Shown: piece after piece, positions 48,912 to 61,684 of the stretch | Layout of the letters: each line of letters opens with the position of its first letter | How positions within the stretch are numbered: position 1 is the first letter of the stretch | Source: Alloascoidea hylecoeti | Lineage: Eukaryota | Direction of reading: 5' to 3' | Assembly: GCA_001600815.1 (NCBI GenBank) | Contig: BCKZ01000022.1 | Location: forward strand, 152,982 to 216,981 | DNA length: 64,000 bases | Position numbers and translations under genes: made by a program | Notes under the pieces: model-generated | Seen by the model: the letters and a program-made list of their open reading frames with translations, nothing else | The model's database searches: none | Told to the model about the DNA's origin: nothing

Positions 48912-50846
48912 GTGGGTTTGCCTTTATTTAATTGAAAATAATCATCATTGCCTAAAGAAATTTCAATTGATAACATAAATACATACTAAGAAAGAATTAT
49001 ATCGTTTTAATATTGTTTTAATTTAACTTGATTTTTATTAATTCCATGATTATAACCTAAGACCTTATAATTGATTATATTATGATGAGTCAAAACAAAA
49101 AGCGATATCGATTGATCTAGTTTGATCCTATTACCCAGGATACTTAAGACGATTCTTGACTTTCTTAACCCTTATATTTCATTTACTCTAACTCTAGGAG
49201 TTTGTGCTACACAATTTCAATGGTATTTAGGCCTGAACTAAGGCAGGGTAGAGCTTTTTCAATTGGTTATTCAGTTCTCAATCTGACTTTTTCAACAGTA
49301 TCATATACTATACTATCGAATGAATTTGATCATTGGCAAAATTTCAAATCTTCATTTCACATGATCAGCATTTAAAAATCAACTCCATGACCTTTTTTTC
49401 CTTTTAAGTACCTTTGAATTGTCTTGGAGGAGAACAATCGAAATCTCTTCGAAACAAATTCTGTAGCCATTAGAGCACCCATTTGGCTTAAGGTTTCGAT
49501 GTATCCTCAAATATTAAGTTTCTGAGTAAAACAAAGTTCATAGAATCTATTCACAGTACTGAATATATCATATTCTTTGCTATATATTTCATATATTGTA
49601 AGAACTAGATATATATACAAAAAAATAGGTACATGATATTTAACTTATAATATGTATGTTAGATATAAAGGATTAGATTGTCTTTATTAAAGTTTGTTTT
49701 TTTGTCATGATACTATATAGTCAGCAATTTCTACCTGGTTTTATATAATAATATAATATACAGATACAAAAGAGGTATCCAGTTCCGAACATAATAATAC
49801 AACAAGATTTTGATCAATTTTAGTTTTATTATAATTATACCTCGTCATGAGGGCATAAACCAATGGAAGAGTGATCACACAATTGGAATAACGTTTATAT
49901 TATTAACTATTTTTTGTTGTAAGTATTATCAGTATATTAGTTCAAAATATTAAAGTTGAAATCCAAATTGTTATTTGTGATGGGAATATCTGAATTTGCT
50001 AAATAAAGACTAATTCGATTCGACTGTTCAAGTAGTGTTAATCTCATAGATATTGTGGAATGTTATTTCCCTGAATCTTTACAAGGGAATTGAAATTGCG
50101 ATTGCAATTAAATAAATGACTGTTTACTTTTTTTAGCTATTAAAAAACAATAAAAGTATTATAGAGAATAGTTAATTTATCGTGTTCCAACTATAATAAT
50201 TATGCCCATTTAGTTTTAATTGCAAATGCAGATAATATTCCATACAAACGCCCACATATAATTATTCATTTTCATTTTATGAATCCCTCACCTCGGTTAG
50301 TATTGGGTTCATGACCCTAGGTTATCATGAGTATATCAGAAACAGAAAGTAATAAAATCTACGCATAATTAATGAGCCAAGTGTTAATAATTCTTCAACT
50401 TCCATTACTCGCAAGATTCTAAAACACATAAAGAATTTACTTTTACGTTTGTTGCTTAGACTACTGAATCAGTTGTGAAGCCACGGAAACGGAAATAAGG
50501 GAGACGACTTAGACGAGGTCTGTCTTAGCCATAGGGATATAAGGTAATCGGATATGTAAATGACTGGATGGGACTAATTATAAGTAAAAAAAGTGACACT
50601 TGAGATTAACTACCGTTGGATTATGTAATAGCAATTACCCCAGGTAGGAGGACAAAGTCTCAGCCCTGGTTGGGATATCTAATATGATAGCCAGTGGCAA
50701 AACAGTTGAACCAATTGTATCATGTGATCCGGTCTCAAAATTTTAAGAATCTTCAAGTGAAACATTTTGGTAATAGAAGGTTTATAACCTCCAAACATCT
50801 AAAGATGATCTTCCATCCTGCCCTGCACCATTTTTGTGAACTAGCT

Positions 50847-50884
50847 ACAGTAAACACAGTAAACACAGTAAACACAGTAAAACA
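50847..50884 (+). repeat. Tandem 9-mer (ACAGTAAAC) x4
   Basis: Direct reading of the sequence. Confidence 0.9.
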
Positions 50885-51570
50885 GCGAGCGTGGCTATAG
50901 TGAATGACATTGCAGCTGAATATTGATGATTGTTATACCATGTTTTTACTGCCCACTTCAGACTACTTACGTAACAAGTTGTGTGCAAGGTCATTGCTGA
51001 AAATGTTGAGCTGAGCTGAGTTGAGTTGGATGAATTCTATGGAAAGGGCAAATTTAAAAATTAAAGGGTTTATAAGTTGTTCATAGAGGTACGTAATTAT
51101 AATTTTTGTATTCCATGTCTAATGAAAATATTATGATGGGCCGGTCCTTACCAACTGCAGTTATTAAGTTATTAAGTTTCTATTCAATCAATGAAAAATG
51201 ATTGATAAGTCGATATCATTTGCAAATGATGAAAATTTGATTGAGCCTTTTGATGTCTTGGCATTTATTTGCACACACCAAAGGTTATTTCAATTAGCAC
51301 AATTAGGGGTTCGGGATGCTTGACGTGGGACGCATGCACGCCTACGTAACGGGGGCCCTTTTCAGCTGAGCCCCCCCTCGCATGGCACGCACAGATAAGG
51401 TTTGCGTGAGGCCCAGGAGAACACCCCAACACCCGGCGCACGCACACGCACGCGGGCATGCAGGGATCCCATGTGACCCGGGCCCGCGTCCACAGGGCGC
51501 TGGCACGGGACCGGGGCGTGGGAACGAGGCTGAGCTGGACATCGCAGCCCACGGTGCGTTGGGTGTCAGT

Positions 51571-51613
51571 GGGACCGGGGCTGGGACCGGGGCTGGGACC
51601 GGGGCTGGACCGG
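51571..51613 (+). repeat. Tandem 12-mer GGGACCGGGGCT x3 plus a partial copy, in the GC-rich PMC1 promoter
   Basis: Direct reading of the sequence. Confidence 0.9.
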
Positions 51614-51747
51614 TGTTCAGTTTCAGTTTGCATTATTTATATTATACCTCGTTTCTCTTCTTTTCGCTTTCCCTTCATCGTTTCTGATTTATAATACTCG
51701 TGGTTATAAATTAAAGGTCGTTACCACTCAACCTAACCTGCTCCAAA

Positions 51748-54700
51748 ATGGAAGACTTCACGTTGTCCATCGAGACTCTTCAGGCTCTTCATGACCCCAA
51801 GTCCCTCCTCAACCTGCAAAATTTAGGTGGCATTCATTCTCTTGCCGAAGCCTTGCACTCTGATATAAAAAATGGCTTGGACAAATCCACTCCCGACGTT
51901 GCCAAAAGACAGCAGCTTTATGGAACTAATATAATCCCAACCCCAAAGCCAAAGTCTTTTTTATATCTGGCCTGGATGGCTCTGCAGGATCAAGTCCTAA
52001 TCATGCTTTCTATAGCTGCTGTTGTCTCTTTAGCCCTTGGTCTGTATGAGACTTTTGGCCAACCTCCAGAGCTGGATAGTTTGGGGCGTCCACAACCAAG
52101 AGTTAAATGGGTTGAAGGTGTTGCTATCATAGTTGCCATCTTAATTGTTATTATTGTTGGTGCTGCAAATGATTACCAAAAGGAACGCCAATTTGCTAAA
52201 TTAAATGCTCAAAAAGCTGATCGTGAAATTATTGTTATTAGAAGTGGTAAAGAAATTTCAATATCAATTTACGATCTAAATGTTGGTGATGTTATTATTC
52301 TAGAAACTGGTGATGTTATTCCTGCTGATGCTATATTAATCTCTGGAAATTGTGAATGTGATGAATCTTCAATTACTGGTGAATCTGATACAATTAAAAA
52401 ACTTAATGCTGATGATTCAATTAAATCATTAGATTCTCTTGTAGTTTCTAAAAAGCATCCTGATCCTTTTTTAATTTCTGGTTCAAAAGTAACAACTGGT
52501 TTATGTCATGCTTTGGTTACAACTATAGGTGTAAATTCAATGAATGGTAAAATTATGATTTCTTTACAAGTTGAATCTGAACCAACTCCATTACAAATTA
52601 GATTAAATTCAATTGCTGATGGTATTGCAAAATATGGTGGTTTAGCTGCTTTAATTTTATTTATTGTTTTATTTATAAAATTTATTGTTAATATAACTCC
52701 AAATCATAAATATTATAACCTAACTGGTAGTGAAAAGGGTTCAAAATTTTTAGAAATTTTAATCGTTGCTATAACTTTAATCGTTGTTGCTGTTCCTGAA
52801 GGTTTACCATTGGCTGTTACATTGGCATTGGCATTTGCAACTACAAGAATGTCAAAAGATGGAAATTTAGTAAGAGTTTTAAAAGCTTGTGAAACAATGG
52901 GTGGTGCTACTTGTGTTTGTAGTGATAAAACTGGTACATTAACTGAAAATAGAATGCATGTTGTTAAAGGAAAATTAGGTTTAAAGAATTTTAGTAAAAT
53001 TGATGATTCTGCTCCAAATCCTAATATTATTATTGATCAATTATCAATAAATTTAAAACAAATGTTATTATCTAATATTAGTATTAATTCAACTGCTTTT
53101 GAAAATGAAAAATTAATTAATCCACCAATTTTTACAAATGAAAAAGGAAAAGAAAAAGTTAAGAAAATTTCAATTTTTGGTAAATTATTTAATTTTACAA
53201 CTCCAAATTCAAATGATCATAAAAATTTAATTTTAAATCAAAATCAAAATCAAAATGAAAATGAATCTGGTGAATTATTTATTGGTTCAAAAACAGAAAC
53301 TGCTTTATTATTATTTGCAAAAGATTTTTTTGGTATGGAAACTGGTACATTAGATGAATATAGAAAATTACAACGTACTGAATTAGGAATTGAATCAATT
53401 ATTCAAATTATACCATTTGAATCTTCAAGAAAATGGGGTGGTATTGTTGTTAAATTAATAAATTCTGATAATTATAGATTTTATATTAAAGGAGCAAGTG
53501 AAATTGTTTTATCAAGGACTGGACAAATTATAACAGAAAATGATAAAATTAAAGAAATTGATTTAAATTTATTTAAAGAATTAACAAATGATATTAATGA
53601 TTTAGCTTCACAATCTTTAAGGACATTGGTTTTAAGTTATAAAGATTTTGAAAATTTAAAACAATGGCCTCCATTAGATATTACATCTGATGAAAATTCA
53701 AAAGAAGCTGATATTGATTTATTATTTGGTAAAGTTTTAAAACGTGAACAACAACAAACAAATAAAATTGAAAATGAAAATGAAAATGAAAATGAAAATG
53801 AAAGTGAAAAAGAAATTATTGAAGCTGAAAGTCCTGCAACAATTATTGTAACTCCATTCCCAGAACCAAAACAAGAAGAAGAAAAAGAAGAAATTCAATT
53901 ATCAAAAACTTTAATCTTCATTGCATTAGTCGGTATTCAAGATCCATTAAGACAAGGTGTTACAGAGTCTATACAACGATGTCAACATGCAGGTGTAACT
54001 GTTCGAATGGTAACTGGTGATAATTTATTAACTGCTAGAGCAATTGCTTCATCATGTGGTATATTTAAACCAGAAAATGGTGGATTTTGTATGGAAGGAC
54101 CAGAATTTAGAAAATTAACTTTAAAACAACAAAGAAATATTGTACCACATTTACAAGTTTTAGCAAGATCAAGTCCTGATGATAAAAGAATTTTAGTTCA
54201 AACATTAAAAGATTTAGGTGAAGTTGTTGCTGTTACAGGAGATGGTACAAATGATGCACCTGCATTAAAATTAGCTGATGTTGGTTTTTCAATGGGTATT
54301 GCTGGTACTGAAGTTGCTCGTGAAGCTTCTGATATTATTTTATTAACTGATGATTTTACATCAATTGTAAATGCTATTAAATGGGGTCGTTGTGTTTCAA
54401 CATCAATTAAAAAATTTTTACAATTTCAATTAACTGTTAATATTACTGCTGTTGTTTTAACTTTTGTTTCTGCTGTTGCTTCTTCTGAAGGTGAATCTGT
54501 TTTAACTGCTGTTCAATTATTATGGGTTAATTTAATTATGGATACTTTTGCTGCTTTAGCTTTAGCAACTGATAAACCAAGTGAAGATATTTTAGATAGA
54601 AAACCAACTAATAGAAATAGTTCATTAATTGCTGTTTCTACTTGGAAAATGATTATTGGTCAAGCAACAATGCAATTAATTGTTACATTTACAATACATT

Positions 54701-55620
54701 TTGGTGGTGAAAAGATTTTTTATCCAAATGGTCATATAACTGATGTTGAACAATTAAAATTAAATGCTTTAACTTTTAATACTTTTGTTTGGTTACAATT
54801 TTGGAAATTATTTGTTACAAGAAAATTAGATGAAGGTGATGGAATATCAAATGTTAAAGATAGAATAACATTAGAAAATTTAAATTTTTTTAGTAAATTA
54901 ACAAGAAATTGGTATTTTTTGGGAATTGCTATTATTATTGGTGCTATTCAAATCTTAATAATGTTTGTTGGTGGTAAATCTTTTTCTGTTTCAAGACAAA
55001 CTGGTGCAATGTGGGGTACTGCAATTATTTGTGGTATGATTTCATTACCATGGGGTGTTGTAATAAGAATTATACCAGATGAATGGGTTATTAAAATCTT
55101 TCCTACAAGATTATTTAATTTTTTGGTAATGGTATTTTCATTTAAATGGTTAAGAAATAATAAAAAAGAATTTGAATTTGATAATGCTGATTTAGAATCA
55201 CAAATTGTTAATCATGAAAAAGAAGAATTATATTTAAATGTTCCACAATTTGGACAAATGAGAGAAGAATTAATGACATTAAGAAAAATTCGTGGTAAAG
55301 GTAGATTAGGTCAATTAACTTTAAAATGGAAATCAAAACCAATTAATGCTTTTAAAAATTGGAAAGAATCAAGATCAAATTCTTTTACTTCAACAACTGT
55401 TAATGGTGAAAATAATGGTGCAGATGGAAATTTAAATCCAAATTCAAATCAAAAAGGTGGATTTTTAGCTCCTCCTTCTCCATCTTCAAAATGGTCAAGT
55501 TCAAAATCAAGTGGCTCTAGTTTAAGAGCTTTGGCTGTTGTACCTGCTGTGGTTGGTGGTGCTGTTGCTGGTTGGAATTTTCATCCTGATCAATTACAAA
55601 CTCCAACTAATAATAATTAA
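51748..55620 (+). CDS. PMC1: Vacuolar P-type IIB Ca2+-ATPase
   Basis: TGES, VPEGLPLAVT, DKTGTLT, TGDN, GDGTNDAPAL, LLWVNLIMDT. Confidence 0.96.
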   Translation: MEDFTLSIETLQALHDPKSLLNLQNLGGIHSLAEALHSDIKNGLDKSTPDVAKRQQLYGTNIIPTPKPKSFLYLAWMALQDQVLIMLSIAAVVSLALGLYETFGQPPELDSLGRPQPRVKWVEGVAIIVAILIVIIVGAANDYQKERQFAKLNAQKADREIIVIRSGKEISISIYDLNVGDVIILETGDVIPADAILISGNCECDESSITGESDTIKKLNADDSIKSLDSLVVSKKHPDPFLISGSKVTTGLCHALVTTIGVNSMNGKIMISLQVESEPTPLQIRLNSIADGIAKYGGLAALILFIVLFIKFIVNITPNHKYYNLTGSEKGSKFLEILIVAITLIVVAVPEGLPLAVTLALAFATTRMSKDGNLVRVLKACETMGGATCVCSDKTGTLTENRMHVVKGKLGLKNFSKIDDSAPNPNIIIDQLSINLKQMLLSNISINSTAFENEKLINPPIFTNEKGKEKVKKISIFGKLFNFTTPNSNDHKNLILNQNQNQNENESGELFIGSKTETALLLFAKDFFGMETGTLDEYRKLQRTELGIESIIQIIPFESSRKWGGIVVKLINSDNYRFYIKGASEIVLSRTGQIITENDKIKEIDLNLFKELTNDINDLASQSLRTLVLSYKDFENLKQWPPLDITSDENSKEADIDLLFGKVLKREQQQTNKIENENENENENESEKEIIEAESPATIIVTPFPEPKQEEEKEEIQLSKTLIFIALVGIQDPLRQGVTESIQRCQHAGVTVRMVTGDNLLTARAIASSCGIFKPENGGFCMEGPEFRKLTLKQQRNIVPHLQVLARSSPDDKRILVQTLKDLGEVVAVTGDGTNDAPALKLADVGFSMGIAGTEVAREASDIILLTDDFTSIVNAIKWGRCVSTSIKKFLQFQLTVNITAVVLTFVSAVASSEGESVLTAVQLLWVNLIMDTFAALALATDKPSEDILDRKPTNRNSSLIAVSTWKMIIGQATMQLIVTFTIHFGGEKIFYPNGHITDVEQLKLNALTFNTFVWLQFWKLFVTRKLDEGDGISNVKDRITLENLNFFSKLTRNWYFLGIAIIIGAIQILIMFVGGKSFSVSRQTGAMWGTAIICGMISLPWGVVIRIIPDEWVIKIFPTRLFNFLVMVFSFKWLRNNKKEFEFDNADLESQIVNHEKEELYLNVPQFGQMREELMTLRKIRGKGRLGQLTLKWKSKPINAFKNWKESRSNSFTSTTVNGENNGADGNLNPNSNQKGGFLAPPSPSSKWSSSKSSGSSLRALAVVPAVVGGAVAGWNFHPDQLQTPTNNN

Positions 55621-55887
55621 TTAATGGTTCTATTTTTTAATCAAAAATTAAAAATTGGATAATTTTTTGTTTTTTTATGGGTACTAATTTCATTTTTTTT
55701 TTTTTTTTTTTTTCATCAATTTAGCTCTTGTGTATATTATTATTAATAAAATATTTTTTTCTAAATATTTTTTTTTCTTTTCTTCATTTTATTATTGTTT
55801 TTAAAGTCTTGATCTTGATAGATGGTGTTTTTATTGAATTTTTTTTTAAAACTTTCTTTATATTGGTATATAAATATTTGGATTATA

Positions 55888-55927
<40 letters not shown>

Positions 55928-56724
55928 ACTAAATTATCAATTTTGTAATTACAATTGTAAAGTGCAATACTAATTTCTATAATTCAAGAATTACACTAAA
56001 AAATTTAAAGAATGATTAATTGATATATATTCGAGGACGAATATGCAATGGAACAATATTGATTGATTATTATCAAAGTAATAGATCTTGTAGATCTAAG
56101 AATTAACGTGTGTTGCGATTAAAATATATATTAAACCTGGGTACTCATTTCTAGCTGTCGATTAAGCTCAGCTCTATGTCCAAAGGTACCTAACATCCTG
56201 ATCGCACTTTATCCCAATTTATTTCGCCATGTTCTTGACACGTATTTCGTTACCATATTCGACAATATGTAGAGCAATTAGTTCTCCATTTCTTGAACAT
56301 CTCGTCTTCGAAAACGATTAATTCGTAAATCTTATTATTAGAGAAATATTAGCCCACGTGATCTTCATAGGGTGATCCCCTTCCCCATATAAGCTCGTCC
56401 CTCCTTCTCTATGGTCCCACATAGTCGTTGTATATCCGATTACCTATATCGCTAATATAGAGATATACAATGATGCACATTGGGTTCGGTACGCACCCCA
56501 TACATACATCACTGTATACAAGTGTACATGTACTGGAACCTGTTAGGATTTGGGTATCATAACCGTTTCCGTGACCAAGTAGTTTGGTTATCTCGGATAA
56601 CGGTGAATCCGTTTTAAATATGTGTTAGTTTTCTACTTTAATCTTTATTTAACAGAACTCTCTAAGATCCAGATCTCACTCCGTTGTTTTCGTAGTTACA
56701 CTCCGACACACATAAACAGACCAA

Positions 56725-56943
56725 ATGCCACAATCAGAATCAATAACACTAGGTAATATTCAAAATATCATAAACAGTCCTTTATTTTTAGTCGTGTTGG
56801 CTTTATATTTTCCTCCTTTGCCTGTTGTCATTTGTAGAGGTTTTTCTGTTCATCTCATTATCAATATTTTACTATGTATTCTGGGGGAACTGTGCATTCT
56901 AGGGACATTTCCGGGTTTATTTCATTCGTGGTATATTACTTAA
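56725..56943 (+). CDS. Pmp3/Sna-family small membrane proteolipid (frame stays open past the stop to 57054)
   Basis: LALYFPPLPVVICRGFSVHLIINILLCILG...PGLFHSWYI matches the Pmp3 pattern. Confidence 0.75.
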   Translation: MPQSESITLGNIQNIINSPLFLVVLALYFPPLPVVICRGFSVHLIINILLCILGELCILGTFPGLFHSWYIT

Positions 56944-57813
56944 AGAACAAAAACAAAACAAGAAAAAGATTCGTATCTTTCGATTGTTGAAGAACATTCA
57001 TATGATGAGAATCAATCTACCGAACAGGTTTCTGATTATGGCGCTATACAACATAACATATGTTAGATATACATGAATATGTATATCAGGTTTGGTAATA
57101 TAAGAAAAAAAAGGTTCTTACAATTTTCTGGTGTAAAAGCTTCAAATTTTAAGGTAATAATTACTTTTATCTTAGAAAGAGCTCAAGCATTAGAATAACT
57201 TATAGTAATTTCTCAATATATTCGGTCTGGTTTAACTCGAAACTATTCAGTTGTTGAAACTCAAAAAAGTGAAAATTTTACCAATATTAATGATAATTTA
57301 CTTATGAGCACTTAGGACTTAATTCACAGCCTTTTATTAAAGGGAAATGAGTTGTGATTAAAGGCTTAGTCAACAGCATATTTATGTGATAATAAACCTA
57401 GTTTTCTATTTTTATTGGACAATATCATTTAATTAATAACCTTTAAAAAACTAATGATTATTTGAATTCTAAAATATATTTATCCTGCTGGTCCTATATT
57501 TTTCTGGTATTTCATAAAGGCACATAATCTCTCACATATCAACTTCCATATATAGTAATGTAAACGTTAATTTTTTAAGCTTAATTGATACGATTCTCAA
57601 TAACGGTACTATGCCATTGTGATCATGATCATATGATTCATGATATAAATTTGGTATGCTAAATCTTCATATGCCACATCCAAAACAAACTCAGCCGAAA
57701 CTTAGTTGTAGCGATGACCGATAGTCATCAATAGGGCATATTACGAGTCACGTGTAGGTGATGAATAAGATTGGCAGTATATTATTTCACTTTACTATAT
57801 TTTTACAGAGTAA

Positions 57814-58602
57814 ATGGTAGAAATTATTAGGATTAGTTCAGAACCAAAATTATCTGATTTTAATCAAATTCCATCAAATTTAAAATTTGATTTATCAACT
57901 TCAGAATATTTAACAACAAAAGATTTTTTAATTTTTAATGGTAAAAATTGTTATTTAAAATCTCAAAATATTAATTTATTACCATTTATTACAAATTTAA
58001 ATTTAAAAGATTTGACAAAATTAAAACATTGTATTAATTTATATGTTCTAACTACATCTTTTATAATATGGTTTAATGATGAAGAAATTGGATTTAAGAT
58101 TCCTTATGTTTTGGTTTCATTACATGCTATTCAACAAAATATTAGTAATGATGATAATGAAAGTTCAAAATTACTCTATTTACAAATAATGAAGAAAAAT
58201 GAAGGGGAATATGAATCAGAAGAATCAACATTAGAAATTTCAATATCATTTGATTTAAAAACAAAAATTAATAATTTTTTATTATCTGAAAATGAAGATT
58301 TAATTATTCAATTATTTGAAGCAATTTCAAATTGCTCAAATCTTTATTTTGATGATGATGATAATGATTATGAAAATGAAGATTTTGGATTACAATCATT
58401 TGATGGAGAAGAACAAAGGCAGAAACAAGTACTTGATTTAAGTCAATTGGGTGATGGGTGGATTACGAGCGATAATGTTAATGATATTGATGTGAGCAAT
58501 ATACCAGAGTTTGAAGTAGGTTATGAAACAAGAAAAGAAGACGAAGATGAAGATGAAGATGAAGGTGAAGAACAGATAAAAAAATTCCAGAGAACTAACT
58601 GA
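57814..58602 (+). CDS. LOT5: Lot5/pICln (Voldacs-domain) protein
   Basis: LYVLTTSFIIW, GFKIPY..VSLHAIQ, LYLQI, LFEAISNCSNL, acidic tail with GWITSDN. Confidence 0.8.
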   Translation: MVEIIRISSEPKLSDFNQIPSNLKFDLSTSEYLTTKDFLIFNGKNCYLKSQNINLLPFITNLNLKDLTKLKHCINLYVLTTSFIIWFNDEEIGFKIPYVLVSLHAIQQNISNDDNESSKLLYLQIMKKNEGEYESEESTLEISISFDLKTKINNFLLSENEDLIIQLFEAISNCSNLYFDDDDNDYENEDFGLQSFDGEEQRQKQVLDLSQLGDGWITSDNVNDIDVSNIPEFEVGYETRKEDEDEDEDEGEEQIKKFQRTN

Positions 58603-59209
58603 TTAATTATTAATCAGTTGAAAGAATTGAGGATCATTCAGAATAAAATTATACTTGTATTCCATCGTTTCTCTTTTGTGATTAACCGTCCTATGGCAGT
58701 GCTAGATTAGAAATTGCAAATAGAGAATATTTAGGCCCTATATGATTGAATTGGCTATATATTAAAGCTTTGGGGAATGTATCTAATTACGTACCACAGT
58801 TGATTGGTTAAAAATATTTACCTTCAATTACAAGCTTAACACCTGTTAAGGACAAAAAAAAACTTGTATAATTATATTATGAAAAAAGTTCACCGCTTTA
58901 GGTCATTTGCGACTTAAAGAAATGCTTTAGAAGCGATAATCCTTAACTCACAAATTTTTTGCGTTCTTGAATTGAACGAAATGTTCACTTTTCCTAAGTA
59001 AAATGGACATTTTGCGACAAAATCCTAATCGGGTAATTAATTATCATAAGATTCAAAAATTTGTGGTGAGCACTGAGTAGTGGTCAGTTAAAAAGAAATT
59101 ACGTCGCATTTTTTGGAGGTATATAATGCACAATAAGATAGAATAATGATGATAACATAGCTATACGTTATTTATTTATTTATTTAATAGTTAATTAACT
59201 AATAGAAAC

Positions 59210-61684
59210 TTATTCAAGTGATTTCAAATATTGATCATGAAGTTTTTTTTGTTGATCATATTGTTTTTGTAATTTCTTCTTCATACTTTTTGATAATTCT
59301 TCACCATCTTTTGTTAAAATTGGAAATCCATTATCATCCCATTTTGAAAATAAATCAGTTTTAAATAATTCATTTGGTGAAATTTTTGCCTTTTCTTGTT
59401 TTTCTTTTAATTTTGCTTCTTCTAATTTTAAAGCAGCTAATTTTCTTTGAATTTTTAAATCTTCATTTTTTTTAATATTTTCTTTTCTTTTAATTAATTC
59501 TTCTTTTTCAGATTCATTTAAAAATTTAACAAGAGCACGATCATTATCTCTATCATCTAATGAGACACCTAAATTGATTAAGTCATCTCTTATACCATCT
59601 GTAGCTTTTAAAAGTTCTTTATTACCATTTTTTATACTATTTTCACGTACATTATCACGGAAAGATGATAATATTTTAACATATGGCCTTATAATTTCCT
59701 CACGATTAGAGATTGAAGAGTTTGAGGATGAAGTTTCTTCTATCCATCCAAGACCATCAGATCTTGAAGGGAATCCCAGAATGTTTAAAATTCTTGTAAT
59801 CCAATTAGCAACTTGAACCAAAACATCAGTCCTTATATTTGGATCAGCTTTTGCAATATAAACATAAACATTTTGTACTAATTCTAAAATTGATTTAAAA
59901 GCAACTGGTGTAGATAAATTATCACAAAAAGCTGTATGAACAATAATTTGTGTTTCTGATAATGAATCAAATAAATCCATTTCTAATTTACTTATTTTTT
60001 TTGGAATAATTTTTCCTTGTTCTAAAGCATGTTCATCATCATGAATTCTAGCTCTAACATTTGTAAAAAATTTATTTAAAGTATTTTCAATATTTCGAAC
60101 TTTTGATAATAAATCTTCTTTAAAATCTAATTGATTATTCCATTGTTGTAAAGCAAATGATAATCTTAATTGTCTACTTGAATATTTTTCTAATGCTTCT
60201 CCAATTGTAATAAAATTTTTTAAACTTTTACTCATTTTTTGTCCTTCAATGTGTAAATGACCAGTATGTAAAAAATAATTAACCCATTGTCCACAATCAT
60301 GACATGCTTCAGATTGAGCTAATTCATTATCATGATGTGGGAATGCTAAATCAATACCACCTGAATGAATATCCATATGTGAACCAAGAATATCAGAAGC
60401 CATTACTGAACATTCAATATGCCACCCTGGTCTTCCTTTTCCCCATGGAGAATCCCAAACAGGCTCACCTGGTTTACTAGCTTTCCAAAGTGCAAAATCA
60501 CTTGATGATTTTTTACCTGTTGCTATTGTTAAAGATCCTTCACCTTCATTAATAAGATCTGTTTGTCCTTTATTCCATGGTTGTAATTTAGCATAAAAGT
60601 GACCTTCTTTATTATCAAATAAAGTTGTATCAAAGTAAACACTACCATCAGTAGTAGCATAGGCAAATCCATTCTTAATGATTTTTTCAACAAACTCAAC
60701 AATTTCAGGAACATATTCAGAAACTCTTGTTATAACTGTTGGTGGTAATACATTCAATGCTTTCATATCTTCATCATATTTTCTTTCCCAATAAGCAGGT
60801 AAATCTCGAAAAACAGCAGGATCATTAACAGAAGCTCCCAATTCTTCATCTAAAACTGGAACCAATACATCTTTTACATTTTTATAAAAATCTGAATTTG
60901 AAATATTATTACCATTATTAGCTTGTTGAATTGCATCTAATGCTGATTTAGCGGCTTTAAAATTCATTGGAAATTTTGGATTTGCTATTGTTTCTGCAGT
61001 TGAATCTATTGTTTTACTCCATTCAACAAATGATTCAAATGTTAAATCAATTGGTGCAGTTGATAATGTTTTTTTAACATGTTTAATCCAACCATTAGTT
61101 ACTTTTTCAACAATTTCAGAAGTGATTTTTTCATTTTCTTTAATAAAATTTTCAAAAAGGAAATTTTGTCTTGCTCTAATGATAATTTTATCATCAATAT
61201 CAGTAACATTTTGAACAAAAAATACATCATAACCAAAATAATCTTGTAAGATACGTCTGTTTATATCAATTGTAACATAATTTCTAGCATGTCCCATATG
61301 ACTTGAATCATATACTGTAGGACCGCAAGAATACCAAGTTACCTTTTTCCCCTTTATAGGAACAAATATATCTTTCGAACGAGTTAAGGAATTGTAAAGC
61401 CTTAGTTTTGGTTGTTCGGTATCCTCAGGAGTAAACCAATGAGGTTGTAAATCAGATGCTTTTGATGTTGACATTCTATAAAATTGATAGGAATTTGAAT
61501 AAGAAAAGTTTTGAAATTGTTTTTGATTGACTAAAAGAGTTCTTGTTTTAAATTTTTGATGTTCTAATTGTTGAAAATTGTGAAATGACACGCTGGATTT
61601 AATATTAAAATATCTGATAAATGTTTTTTTCTGACAATTTATTAAATTTGTATTCTTGCTACTTTTTAAACGGTCAAATAGCAT
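59210..61684 (-). CDS. CRS1: Cysteinyl-tRNA synthetase with an N-terminal presequence-like extension (second Met at 61474)
   Basis: [44 protein letters not shown]. Confidence 0.96.
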   Translation of the reverse strand: MLFDRLKSSKNTNLINCQKKTFIRYFNIKSSVSFHNFQQLEHQKFKTRTLLVNQKQFQNFSYSNSYQFYRMSTSKASDLQPHWFTPEDTEQPKLRLYNSLTRSKDIFVPIKGKKVTWYSCGPTVYDSSHMGHARNYVTIDINRRILQDYFGYDVFFVQNVTDIDDKIIIRARQNFLFENFIKENEKITSEIVEKVTNGWIKHVKKTLSTAPIDLTFESFVEWSKTIDSTAETIANPKFPMNFKAAKSALDAIQQANNGNNISNSDFYKNVKDVLVPVLDEELGASVNDPAVFRDLPAYWERKYDEDMKALNVLPPTVITRVSEYVPEIVEFVEKIIKNGFAYATTDGSVYFDTTLFDNKEGHFYAKLQPWNKGQTDLINEGEGSLTIATGKKSSSDFALWKASKPGEPVWDSPWGKGRPGWHIECSVMASDILGSHMDIHSGGIDLAFPHHDNELAQSEACHDCGQWVNYFLHTGHLHIEGQKMSKSLKNFITIGEALEKYSSRQLRLSFALQQWNNQLDFKEDLLSKVRNIENTLNKFFTNVRARIHDDEHALEQGKIIPKKISKLEMDLFDSLSETQIIVHTAFCDNLSTPVAFKSILELVQNVYVYIAKADPNIRTDVLVQVANWITRILNILGFPSRSDGLGWIEETSSSNSSISNREEIIRPYVKILSSFRDNVRENSIKNGNKELLKATDGIRDDLINLGVSLDDRDNDRALVKFLNESEKEELIKRKENIKKNEDLKIQRKLAALKLEEAKLKEKQEKAKISPNELFKTDLFSKWDDNGFPILTKDGEELSKSMKKKLQKQYDQQKKLHDQYLKSLE

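Noticed and set aside
51265..51694. Four overlapping ORFs upstream of PMC1
   Set aside because: By-products of a stop-poor GC island and the 12-mer repeat; no recognisable domains.
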